In this document: positions 1 to 11,331 of the stretch, in pieces | Position numbering within the stretch: position 1 is the stretch's first letter | Layout of the letters: each line of letters begins with the position of its first letter | Assembly: GCA_026025075.1 (NCBI GenBank) | Contig: JAPEUI010000088.1 | Coordinates: forward strand, 1 to 64,000 | Direction: 5' to 3' | Length of the DNA stretch: 64,000 nucleotides | Source of the DNA: Vezdaea acicularis | Lineage: Eukaryota | Made by a program: the position numbers and the translations under genes | The notes under the pieces: generated by a model | The model's input: the letters and a program-made list of their open reading frames with translations, nothing else | What the model was told of the DNA's origin: nothing | The model's database searches: none

Positions 1-128
1 CTCCTTCTCCTTCTCCTTCTCCTTCTCCTTCTCCTTCTCCTTCTCCTTCTCCTTCTCCTTCTCCTTCTCCTTCTCCTTCTCCTTCTCCTTCTCCTTCTCC
101 TTCTCCTTCTCCTTCTCCTTCTCCTTCT
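1..128. repeat. (CTCCTT)n hexamer microsatellite, about 21 copies, running off the window edge
   Basis: Perfect CTCCTT periodicity from base 1 to about 128; the minus strand reads AAG GAG (Lys-Glu). Confidence 0.97.
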
Positions 129-290
129 CTTTTTCCGCCTTCTTTTTCTCCTTTGCCTTATCCTTCTTACCATCAGGTGCAGGCAAGACAGTGTCTGTCT
201 TGGTGGCGTTGTCTTCAGTTGATTTGAGAGGTTGAGGGATGGTGGTGGCGGTGGTGAGGGCGAGGGTCTTTGCAAGTTCCTTGACGACAA
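1..290 (-). CDS. Partial exon of an unknown protein ending in a Lys-Glu repeat (3' end outside the window)
   Basis: Minus-strand frame reads VVKELAKTLALTTATTIPQPLKSTEDNATKTDTVLPAPDGKKDKAKEKKKAEKEKEKE without a stop. It is preceded by CTAAC...CCAAG (branch/acceptor-like). No in-phase upstream exon could be fixed. Confidence 0.4.
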   Translation of the reverse strand, partial: MSSRNLQRPSPSPPPPPSLNLSNQLKTTPPRQTLSCLHLMVRRIRQRRKRRRKKRRRRRRRRRRRRRRRRRRRRRRRRRRRRRRRRRRRRRRRRRR

Positions 291-591
291 CTTGGCGAAA
301 ATTGGGAAAGGGGTTAGTGAAAGTTCAGACATCAGAAACCAGAAATCGGAAATCAGAGACGGGGGGGATTCACATAACCATAGTGATGGCTGTTGTCATC
401 ACAAAGCACAACAGATGTAGGATAGCAGAAATAATAAGAGACACGACAACAAACATGACAACAGATTATCTCTAGAGAAAGCCAGAGAACTAGGGAGCTG
501 TAGGCTGTTTTGGATAGTTAGTAATCTGAATAGACTTGAAATGGAGGGAATCTTTCGTTGAAAAAGCCGATGGGAGTAAGGGGGGGGGAAT

Positions 592-634
592 CGTTACGTC
601 TGGAAGGAGCCGTTACGTCTGGGGAGAGCCGTTG
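592..634. repeat. 19-bp tandem repeat CGTTACGTCTGGRRRRRGC, two copies plus a partial third
   Basis: cgttacgtctggaaggagc (592-610), cgttacgtctggggagagc (611-629), cgttg. Confidence 0.8.
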
Positions 635-1195
635 TGTATAGATGTGAGAGCAGTGTGCTGGAATCTGCTGCAAAGCGTTGTCAGCGACCGTAGATGAATG
701 GGAGACCGATCGGTCGCTCGAAGTTTAATCTAAATAACAGGGAGGGATTCGTTACATAGACCTGAGAGAATATCTGGTTCAGTGCGAAGGAAAGTTCAAA
801 AAGCAGACCCTAGAAAGCGCCTTGTTGTTGTTATTATTGTTGTGCGAAAAAAACTGTGTGGAAACTCTAGAGAAAATATTCTATTAGATTCTCCCCAACC
901 TAAACGGCAATCTTCAGGTTTAATCAACGCAAAAACAAAAGAAACTGGAACCATGAAAATATGATCACGTATTACTGTTTGAATTCCAAAACAAAAGAGA
1001 GTAGAATCATGAAACCATGATCGCATATTACTATCCGAACCCGAAAGCTTCTCAATCTCAGGACCTCGCACTAGGTATGGTGATCCAATGTTTATCGCAG
1101 TTCAGTACTTCCGGCTCCTTTACATACAGTACGGGATGCTTAACGTGCATCTTACCTTAGGGTTTTATAAATAACCCTCATAGCTCATCGAGTCT

Positions 1196-3614
1196 TTACG
1201 AACTCTCTTTTCCTAATTGAGCCAATTCACCTACGAATTCTTCTGCATTCACGATCTCCGTGCTTCCATAGACAACCCTTCTCCTTGCGCCAAGGCCGCC
1301 CTGACTCGCTTGGCCCGTTCTCTTGGCCCATTCTTGCAAGTTGCCGTACTCGTCCATACTGCCTCCTCCAACAGTAAACACGATAGCTTCACTAAAGCCT
1401 TGCCTTCTCATACCAAAAGAAGCGCCGGTACCAGGGCCTAGAGAGCCTAACCCACTAACCCCCAGCCCTCCGGGCATGTTTGCACTCGGCTGTTGTGCAT
1501 TGGAACGAACACTGGGCTGAGTTCCTCGAGCATTTGCAGAACGTGGATCAAAGTATAGATAGTTCTCAGTTTTAGCGATGGCCGAGGAGGAGGCTGATGG
1601 GGGGTCCATAATGGATTCCGTAAGTTTTGTTACTGTGAGATCGCGATTGGCGGGAAGGAAATTCTTTACACCACTGATTAAGTTCTCAAAGTTTGCGCCT
1701 AAGGCGCCATCTTTAAGACGGTCGGTGAGCTAGAGGAGATCATCAACATGTTTGTATTATCTCGAAGACAATCTTCAAGCTTACGCGGTTACTAATAGAA
1801 CTGAACCCTCTGAAAAGTTCGCCGCCGGTTGACTGTTGTGTGGGCTGTATAGGTGCCGAAGTCATCATTGTCATCCGAGTAAGCTCTCGGACACTTTGAA
1901 TGTCAATAAGGCAACGGAAGAACGTAGGGAACCACTAACCGTTTTACGTATACTAAAGAGGTGGTGTCAACATTTGCTTGCTTCAGCGCTTCCTCAAATC
2001 TTTCCATCTCAGCTCTGGATACATCTTGATCTGTGCTCAGAAACCAGATGATGAATAGCCGCAGCTTGTCCAAAGGCTCTTTCCCTTTGCCTGCATCATG
2101 CAGAAGATCAAGCATCTGAGCCTTAGTTTGTTTCGTGATGCCTTCCTCGATCTGAAAGAAGTTGTCAAGTTGTCGATCCTTGATGCCCTTGAGCAACGCC
2201 GTGGCAATGTTCATGTGCATGTCTAAGGTAGCTTTGCGTTCGCGCAACTCCGGCAATAGCGTTATTGCGGCTTTCAAATGCTGTGCTGAAGAGCTTGTAT
2301 CATTTTGCAGATCTTCGATGGAAGAGGCGCCAGTTTTTTTTGTTATGTCGGTCGCATCTTCTTTATACCTCGTGAGTTCTGTGTCAATATCCTCTGCTAC
2401 TTGTGGGAAGGGAACTCCTGCATTCTTCGCCCAGAAGAAGTCACTCGAATTGAGATCATAGCCTCTTCTTGTCATTCCTTTTGCGGGGTTCCCCTCGTCG
2501 ATCGGAGATTCAACCGTGATCCTATTGAGCTTCATCTTGAGCACATCATGAACTAGCGATTGATATGTCCATGAATGCGATAACATAGGAATGAGGTCGA
2601 CATTCCGGTCCAATATTATGAGTACTGGTCTCGATGTGGGCGTTCCGGTTGATGATGAAGAACGTTGGCTACCTCCCGAAAAAAGATTATCTTTTGAATT
2701 TAATACGTGATCGCGGAGCTTCCGATCCAGCTTCGCCGACACAATCTCTGCAGCACCGCCTTTAGGACAGCGAATGATAGGTATAGATCCTTGGAGACAT
2801 TAGTGAATTGACTTGAGTAAGCTGTAGAAACATACCCATCGTAACGACCACACTGAACAGGCCACTGACAACACTATCTACCACAGCATCGAGCTCGTCG
2901 TCCTTAGTCTGGGCGCTGTTCAGTGACCAGTACGTTTTGTTTCCCATACCTAAGCTAAACAAGTCTGGCTCGCCGACAATGAAGTTTAGGTACTGATCGA
3001 AAACTTGCGAGATTTTCTCTGCTGTACCTGCAGCAGCTGTCTGTGATGCAAAATCTTCTAGAAGGGGCCGAGGTATTGATGAAAGAAAGTTGATGTACGC
3101 TGGGGAATAGAGATTTCGGGACAGGTCATCGGTGATGAGCTTCAGGTTTGTAGTAGTTGGCTCCACCAGATACAAGACTGGCACATCTGGGATTGGATGG
3201 CGCGGTGAATTTATATTTCTATTGCGTCATACGTTAGGAACTACTATAGCATCACTAATACAGTTGTAGAGAGACTGACAAATGTATCGTTACGCCCCAC
3301 CCACGAAGATCATTCACGCGTAGTACACTGCTTATTATGTCGCGCCCCAGATTATCGAAAACTAAGACTTTCCATATTGGCTCGCCGTTTGCTCCTAAGA
3401 CTGGGGCAGATGAAGGTATCAGGCCGTTTGAAGCGGAGACGTCATATTGAGAGTCAGAGCTCTGTGGAAGTTCTTGGTTGAGATTCAGAATCTTCTCGAT
3501 CGATGCTATAAGTGTTCCCTGTTAGTCATGTCCACATAAAAAAGGTGCGAGCTACGCTCGGAACTGACCAACTTGTCGGTCCCGTAATGACTGATGTAAG
3601 GAGGAGATAGCCAT
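1196..3614 (-). CDS. SLY1: Sec1/Munc18-family vesicle trafficking protein Sly1, five introns
   Basis: Spliced model starts [15 protein letters not shown] and contains [58 protein letters not shown] and [15 protein letters not shown], all typical of Sly1. Confidence 0.95.
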
Positions 3615-3837
3615 GACGGCAAGTGAGGTAGATCTAACGAGATTCGGCTTTTCATTCTACAGGGTTAGGGAAACTGTTCATTTGGGGCTGGGACTGCTTC
3701 ACTTCGATCCTTATCCGCTGCTTTAGATCTCTTGATCTATATCCGAATAATAATTCCTGACTACAGAAGCCATCGTGCTCAAAGCGGCGCCAAAATACTA
3801 CCCTTCTAGTACTAGCGTGTCTTTTTCCGAAAGCGAA

Positions 3838-3860
3838 CCCAAACCCAAACCCAAACCCAA
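3838..3860. repeat. (CCCAAA)4 telomere-like repeat with G-quadruplex potential in the divergent SLY1/PNUTS-like spacer
   Basis: Four CCC tracts separated by AAA; the minus strand is GGG(TTTGGG)3. Confidence 0.8.
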
Positions 3861-4595
3861 CCTCCACCCGTCTTCAGTCTCACCTTTTCATCCTAAACCC
3901 ACCCCCAACCCCATCACAAAATCTTCGTGAATCGATTCGTGATACGATCGAGAGATGGAATAACCTGTAGCAGCTATTTCTTTGAACTCTCTTTCGTGCT
4001 GGCAAGGCTTGGAGGGAAGCTGTGGGGAGGGGGGCAAAGCGCGTTCGTAATCTTCGCGCAGCGAGGAGGACGTTCAATTCCGGCGACGTCAGAACCGACC
4101 TATAAGGTACTCGTATTTGCACTCGAGGCCGATTCAGCAGTTCCCCATAATCAAAGTTGCTCCCTTACAGGGCAAATTGACTTCCTGCACCTTTCCAATC
4201 CTCACGCCGACACGGTTGTCGCCCAACTCTCGTTTCACCTGCCAAAGGTTGAAGCGTGATTGTGTGACTCGGATATAGGGCTCTACTTACACCTGAAAAA
4301 CACGCCTCAGCGTATTTGTCTATGGTCACAATTGCAGGGCCATTTGGTTACGGACACTGCCAGCACATAAAATAACAAAGAGGGTGGACCGTTTCGCTGT
4401 CCGGACTCGCCAAAAGGCCCTTAATTGCTACCGTTAGGGAGTAATTTTCTAAGTGGCACATTTGCTTTTTCATTTCCTGACCGAGTCGCTAAACCGGCGC
4501 TCAAGGGGCTTCACGTGATTCTTGTCTCGGTACTGTCAAGAACCGTACCCCACTACGGCGACGCATAGCGCCGAAGACGCGTCTCGCAACTCGTC

Positions 4596-7500
4596 ATGGC
4601 CTCTTCTCAACACAATCTTGATGAGCATCATGTGTCCCAGAGAAAATCTCCAGATGTGCAACCCTACGAAAGGAACATTGTTGCTTCGAGTCCAGTAATC
4701 TCTCATTTGAACTCACATGGACAGCCGCACTATGATGAGTGGCAAGCTAGCCATTTTTCGAACCCGTACGCTCAGCATGTACAGCCATATCAACATTATC
4801 CTCAACAACACCACCCCTTTGGGGCAAATTATGAGTCAGCGGCATGGCAACCGCAGCAAGGAGAAATTGAAGGTCACATGAACCAAGCCATGGCCCCACA
4901 GACGTTCGGTTCTTATGCTACTAGCAATGATTTTGCTCCTAACGGCTACAATTCTTCGAGCCCATATGGGGCATTCAGACTATCCAATGACTACTCCCCC
5001 GGGTTAGCGCCAAGCCTGCATTACAGTAATCCTAACCTATACGGGCAAACGATATCTCCGCAAGAGTTGCACAGACAGCCGCCTCAAACATTCAATGAAT
5101 CGAGCAGGGCTCAAAATGACATGGCGATGCCTCCATCAACCTACACCTTGCAAGCATTGTCCAATCTAGCAAGTGATGTCAGAAACTCTCAGGGTGTACC
5201 GGTCATTCAATCTAATGCCTCACCTCAGCTGCTCTCGCAAACATCGCGGACGACTCAATCTCCACAGAACCCTACCCCTATCAGGCTGATATCTCCGACT
5301 GCGCAGCAGCTACCCTCCAGTACATGGAATGGCAAACTATCCATCCGTGATACCAATGTGGTTTGCACCCAGACAGAATCAGTTCCTTTTGAGGGTACAT
5401 ACTCCGTAGTTGTAACAAAGGATCCAGCGGACTTCCCACCGATCATCAATACTGCATTACCAAAGTATAAAGCTCGCCCATCAACCAAAGAGCTACGGCA
5501 GAATGCCCCGAACTTATCTACAGTACCTCGACAGTCAAAAAAGAGAAATCTAACGGAAGTGAAATCTCCACGGCCACTGAAACAGAATGTGCCTCTTACC
5601 CAGGATATGAACTTGGTTCAGAAAAGCTCGGAGAAAACACAAATCTCCACGCCGTCGGCTGTATCCAGTGAGAACTCGGAGACAGAATCTAGCTCTGATG
5701 AGTCGTCAGAGGAAGAAGAGGAACAGGAGGAGAAAATTCCATTACCCTCCGAACGCCCAGCTAGTGATGTCGGCGGCTATGAGTATGATACTATCAAAGC
5801 ACTGTGGCTTCCCACAAACAAATCTAGTACCTTGGAAACAATCCGTGCAAGCATGCAAAAGTTTTGGGATGTTCTGAAGCCAATTGGTGACAAGTGGACT
5901 CGGGTTGCAGCCGACCTCAAAAAGGCTGAGGCTGAGCAGAGAAAGGATGATGTATCTCGGTTGAAACGAAGTCAGGAAGGTGTGCGGAGGCTATTTGAGG
6001 TTGTGGTAACTACTGGCATCAAGTATGGCAATGCTCAGGTGTTAAGCCCTCTCGGGAAACACCCACCCGTTCTGCTTATAATACAAAAATTTGTGCTGGA
6101 CCGCGCAATGAATAACGACACCAATGGCTCACTGATCAAGTCCATTATCAATTTTCTAAAACTCTTCAAGGACCTAGACGAGGAAACACTCGAAACATTG
6201 AAATTGACTAAGCCTCTGACACGGCTAGCCAAAAAAGGCGATGCTGAAATACAAGCACTTATTAGATCCATTTTCGAAAGTGCGGCTATTGTGTCAAAGA
6301 AGTCCGACAACCTAAGCAAGACGCCAGTCGACCCAAGTCTCCGCCCAAACAGTGTTCCGGTTCAGAATGTACCGACCGGTATCAAGAAATTGCCTTCCAG
6401 TGGTGCCTCGATCAATGGGATCAAACGTGTTCGGGAAATGGAACTGTCAGACAGCCATCCCAACAAACGGCCGATATCCTCAGTTACCCCATCCGAGAAA
6501 GGGGGCAACAGGACTCCGTTGGTGCAGGACAATAGAGCGACCTCAAGCGTCAAAACAACATCTAACTTCATCCCTCCACGTCCTTTGGCGTTTGCGTCAA
6601 AGCCACTTAAACCGACAAACAAAACAACGCAAGTATCATCAGTCCAACCCTCGTCTCAGAAGTTGTACAGTCAGACTACTGTGCTTCCCGCTAAGAAAGC
6701 CCCTGTATCAACAGCGGCTTCTGCTCCGGCGAAGCCAGCTTTTTCTTTCATGGAGGCTATGGCTGCTCTGACTAACCCAAAGCCTGCAGCCCCTGTTGCT
6801 GACACGAAAGCAGAAGGGCCTGCAGAAACGGAGGAGGAAAAGGCTAAAAGATTGCGAAGGGAAAGTCGTCGGAGGTTGAGGGTGTCTTTCAAGCCGGATG
6901 ACAGCTTGGTAGAAATTCGGTTGTTCACGCACGATCAAGCAGAGGAGATTGGCCGGGAGCATAATCTACTCAAAGATGCAAAAGATGCCGCGGAGGAGGG
7001 AAAAATGTTCAAGAGGCATATTGATCAGGGGTCTTTGGAAGAAGATGAAGATGGTGATAATATTGAAAGTGCAATGGCGTGGAGGCCCCTGACTCCTTTG
7101 TCATTTCCCTCAGTGGAAGGGAAGGAGGAGAAAGGCTTCATAAAGCGTGGTGGAAGGAATGAAGTGAACTCCCCTGAGTCGAAAATGCAGCAGCAGCGAG
7201 AGGCAAGCACATTGATGGTCGTTTATACGCGACAGAGTGATATCCCACCAACGCCAAGGGAGCCGTCTGGGCTGCAGCCCGTGCATCTGCTTCCATCTTC
7301 CGACAGATTCGGAGAGCCTCGCTCACTGACGAGGGTGTGTATCTCAGTCCACTTCACCGTAATAAGGCAGTGCACTGACAAAACTGATTTCAGGAACGGG
7401 AAGCAGCTTATATAGCAAAATACAAGTCAAGTGAAGCACCATCAAACAGTTCTTCTAGCCTTGGCCTTGCCTCTCTACTCAGAAATCTTGCAAAGGCTCA

Positions 7501-8185
7501 TCCAACTCAGGCTCAGCAACCACAGCCGGCCCCAAATATCTTACCTCCTCAACAACTACTTCACCCTGTGCAGCAGCCAGTTACGACAGCTGATTTCTCT
7601 GGTCTTGAAGCTGTCTTCGCCAAATTTGCCAAGCCAGTAGCCCAGCCAGTTCAACCGCCTCCGCCACCTATTGGACTTCCTCCCTCAAGTAACGCAACCA
7701 ATCCTATTCTCCAAGGCATTCTAGCATCATTAAAGCCGAACATTCAAGCACCAAATCCTCAGCAGCAAAACATAAGTGGCCAAGGATTGACACCAGACTT
7801 GAGCTCTGTTCTTGCTCAACTGACGGGTCAGAGCTTTCAGGCTCAGCCGGGAATGCCAAGTTACGAATATCAGTATCAGGCACCTTACCCTGGTGGTGGC
7901 GATATTGGTCGAAGAGAAAGATCTCATGATTATACCAGTAGCGATGGTAGTCGAGATCGTGGTAATGGAAGCTGGGGTAGTCGCGGGAAATCGGATGGAC
8001 GTGGATCACATCGAAAACAGGGAAAAGAAGACAAGCATTTCGTACGAAACGCCCGCCGACTGTGATGAAACCCACTAATGTGGTTGCCCCAGTCACATCC
8101 GAAGTCAAAGAGTGTTTGTACTTTCTACCAGCAAGGCAAATGCAGACATGGTGACGGTTGTAATTTCACCCACCCAAAAAACTAG
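4596..8185 (+). CDS. PNUTS/Ppn1-like PP1 regulatory subunit (TFIIS-N-like helical domain, RVxF motif, C-terminal CCCH zinc finger), two introns
   Basis: Exons 4596-7334, 7394-8041, 8093-8185. LETLKLTKPLTRLAKKGDAEIQAL resembles TFIIS-N. RLRVSF...LVEIRLF is a PP1-docking RVxF plus phi-phi-like motif. The last exon encodes CTFYQQGKCRHGDGCNFTH. Confidence 0.75.
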
Positions 8186-8848
8186 ATTCACTGGTTTCCA
8201 CAACAATGTCGTTCGGTGCCTTTGAGGAGCGATTTCTTATGACTTTCATTCTGCATAGTTGTCATCAGCTTTGTACTGGCACGCTGAACATCCTACACGT
8301 TTCTCTCAATCACTCTGGCGACGCATACTTCATGGTAGACGGACAGTCCAATAGCGATGGCGTACAAGCGGGGTTTTTTTTGAACATGATATTGAAGCCA
8401 GTTTAGTACGCTAGGCCTTTGCACAAACATGTGTCACATGAGCTTGTTACAAGCCAAGTGACGCTCCCAGATTAAGAGCATCTGTTGTACATTTTTTTGG
8501 TCCAGTCGATAGCTTAGTATCGCATTTCTACAAATACAGAAAGGTCCGTACAGGTTCCATAAAATTCATCTAGACAAGACCACCATTCATAGAGAGCTCA
8601 TCTCAAATTCTTGCTCCACCATCTGCTCTAGAAATCTATACCTTGCCCACTATTACCGTACTTCCTGTGATTATCAGACCCACATGATCGAGTTGTCGGC
8701 TACGCCATTTAAGCTTCTTGCCCTTAAGTAGAGCTGGAAGACGTCCTTACATTAGCGGTACAACTGAAAAAAGCTAACCCCTCGCTGGTGAATAAGAGTC
8801 CCAATAGCTCCTACTTATGTTGAAGAGTGTATTGAACGAATCTCCGGC

Positions 8849-9830
8849 ATGGCTTTAGATACTTTAAAAGTCAGAAGAGGAGATGTAAGTCATTTGATCA
8901 TAGTGTGCTGCCATGGCATCTGGGTCGGCCCCAAAATCTCAGGGCAGGAGTCTCTTTTCGAAAACCCTAGAGAGTGGCAAGTTTCACGCTCAATCTCAAC
9001 TAAAGTTTGATTGCCGTTAAGACGTTCCTAGGCTTCTTCAAACATTTCAATCTAGAGAGACTGCAGTGTATATCGAAGAAGCACGCCGTGGTTTGAGCGA
9101 GTTACAAAGACATCCAAACTCGCTCCTGGTCTACTCCGGGTAGGTGCACAGTACGCTGCATGTGTGGCGAAAATTCACGCCATCTGATTCAAAATCTTAG
9201 GGGTCCTTCTCGAAAAGAAATCAGGTTGAGTGAAGCTCAGAGCTACTTAGTAATCCTAGCCCTAGACCCTCCTTTCTCTAGGGTTCAGACTGACGAGCAG
9301 CAAAGAACCTGGCGAAAGCCTCGGGCTACTGGAGTCATAAGTTGCCTGAATCGCAGATCACTACCGAAGAACGTTCCCTAGACTCCTATCAAAATCTTCT
9401 CCTCTCGATCATCCGTTTTCATGAAGTTATGGGATCCTGGCCGGCGCATATCACGGTCATATCCCATGACTTCAAATCCGCTCGCTTCGTAGACTTACAT
9501 CGCTCGGTCTTGAAATACCCTCCAGAAGCCTTCACTTACATCGGCGTACCTCTACCGCCGCAGAGCGCTTCCGACGCGATCGCTGGGGAGCTGAAAAGCG
9601 GGTTTGGAGCATGGAAGAGCGACTTGTACGGAAATGGGGAAGAACTCAAAGGAAAGAGGGAGAAGAGAGATGCTTGGGGAGTGCAGCAGCCGGGCTGGCT
9701 GGAGGGGTTGTTGCGAGCGTGCCAATCAGACGATAAGGCTGTGCTGGAGCAGCTGCTCGCATGGGAGGGTGGGCGAGATGGAAATGAGGCCTTCCCGCAG
9801 TTGCTGCCTTGGGAGGAGAACAGGGCCTAA
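8849..9830 (+). CDS. Conserved fungal YOR238W/DUF218-like protein, three introns (the first is GC-AG)
   Basis: Exons 8849-8976, 9032-9139, 9201-9250 approx., 9306-9830. Motifs HLIIVCCHGIW, WLLQTFQ, LLVYSGG, LSEAQSY, DSYQNLLLSI and ITVISHDFKSARFVDLH. Confidence 0.75.
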
Positions 9831-9971
9831 ACCCTATGAAGACTTCGGTACCCCACACATTACTTTCTTGAGAAGCAGGCACAGCAACCATCGGATGCAC
9901 CCAGGAAGCATCACCTTTCTAGCAAAATCTCAGTACTTTGCCGACTCTGCTTTGTGTGTAGTTTTCCAGAC

Positions 9972-11075
9972 ATGACGGAACGAAGCTTTCTCGCTAATCC
10001 GACCCATAAGGCTGAAACTCTAGCTCCAGCTACCCCACCACATCAGCAACATTCACAGCCTTCTGGGCTAGGCTTCTACATCACACGATCCGACAACGCC
10101 ATGGAGCAACAAACAGGCTCGACCGCTTCTCAAGAAGACATCAGAAAGCAAGCCGACCAAGCCATGGCGATAGCCTTTGACTCAGACTGGACAGCAACCC
10201 AAGACGACGTTGACCAGGAAACGGAAGCGATCCTACCTTACTCGCTCAGCGAAGAACACTTCCACGTCATCCTCTACCTTTACCGCCGCACATTCCCTTG
10301 GTGGATAATAACCGATCGCTACAATAAGCTAGTCGGCCCCAGCAGCGCCACAGTCACCGAAGCGGAGCTTAAGGAGCGCTGGCTCTACCAAGCTGCCAGC
10401 TTAGGCGAGCTGGAGCCTGGCGAGTCAAAGTGGAATATGAGCCCCGAACAGCTGACTTTCATCTTGCACCAGGAGGCAAAGAACACGGGATGGAAAAACA
10501 TCACGATGGCGGTCAACGAGAGATTTGGATTCAACTTCCAGGAGGCGGAGCTGAAGGCTGAGTACGAAGAGCAAACAAAGGTTTGGGGCTATTCTGAGGA
10601 GGAGAAGGAGATGGTTATGGATATGATCAGAGCAGATCAGCGAAGACAGCAGTCTCCATGGCTGCAGGATGAAGATAGGATGGTGGAGAAGCAGTGGGTT
10701 CCAGGAGAGCGTGATATCGGGAAAGATGGTGGGACAGAGGAGTTGATCGGGCAGTTGTCGAACCTAACTGTCGAGGAGAGGGAGGAAAGCCAATATGCGC
10801 AGCCAAGACTTGCAGACGACGCACCCGCTAAGGACCTAGCGAATGATCAGGATATGGCTGACTATTCAGATGGGAAGAGTGACCTTTCTTCCTCTATCCA
10901 GTCAGTGTTTTCGGACTCGGAGCGGTTCGAGCAGGTCCAAGCAGCGAAGCAAGGCGAGCCCAAGGAAGCCAAGAAAGAGAAGATTGAGGCAACCAAGAAA
11001 CAGGAAGACCTAGAAGAAGACGGGTTTAAGTTTGACGACGATGACTGCATAGCGATTAGCGAAAAGGAACTCTGA
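9972..11075 (+). CDS. Hypothetical intronless acidic protein with two or three Myb/SANT-like helical repeats
   Basis: Open frame of about 367 codons with protein-like composition. First ATG is 9972, alternative 10101. Repeats LSEEHFHVIL...W..ITDRYN...TEAELKERW and MSPEQLTFIL...W.NIT..VNERF...QEAELKAEY. Confidence 0.7.
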   Translation: MTERSFLANPTHKAETLAPATPPHQQHSQPSGLGFYITRSDNAMEQQTGSTASQEDIRKQADQAMAIAFDSDWTATQDDVDQETEAILPYSLSEEHFHVILYLYRRTFPWWIITDRYNKLVGPSSATVTEAELKERWLYQAASLGELEPGESKWNMSPEQLTFILHQEAKNTGWKNITMAVNERFGFNFQEAELKAEYEEQTKVWGYSEEEKEMVMDMIRADQRRQQSPWLQDEDRMVEKQWVPGERDIGKDGGTEELIGQLSNLTVEEREESQYAQPRLADDAPAKDLANDQDMADYSDGKSDLSSSIQSVFSDSERFEQVQAAKQGEPKEAKKEKIEATKKQEDLEEDGFKFDDDDCIAISEKEL

Positions 11076-11331
11076 GCAAAGGATGGGGAATGCTTACGGT
11101 AGGCGTGCTTGGGCGTCCTGTGCAGCAAGGCGGAATCAAAAAAAACTTTCTGAATCTCATAGCATGGCGTCTCCACTCTATAGCATGTCCCTCATTTACA
11201 AGAAGTAGCCACGGGAGGAATTGAAACGATATGAAGACCTTCATATATCCAAGTGAACAGTGCAGCTTCAAATGGAACTTTTAGCACCGAACAAAAGCGG
11301 TGAAATGGCAAATGGATTACCTGGCAGTCTG

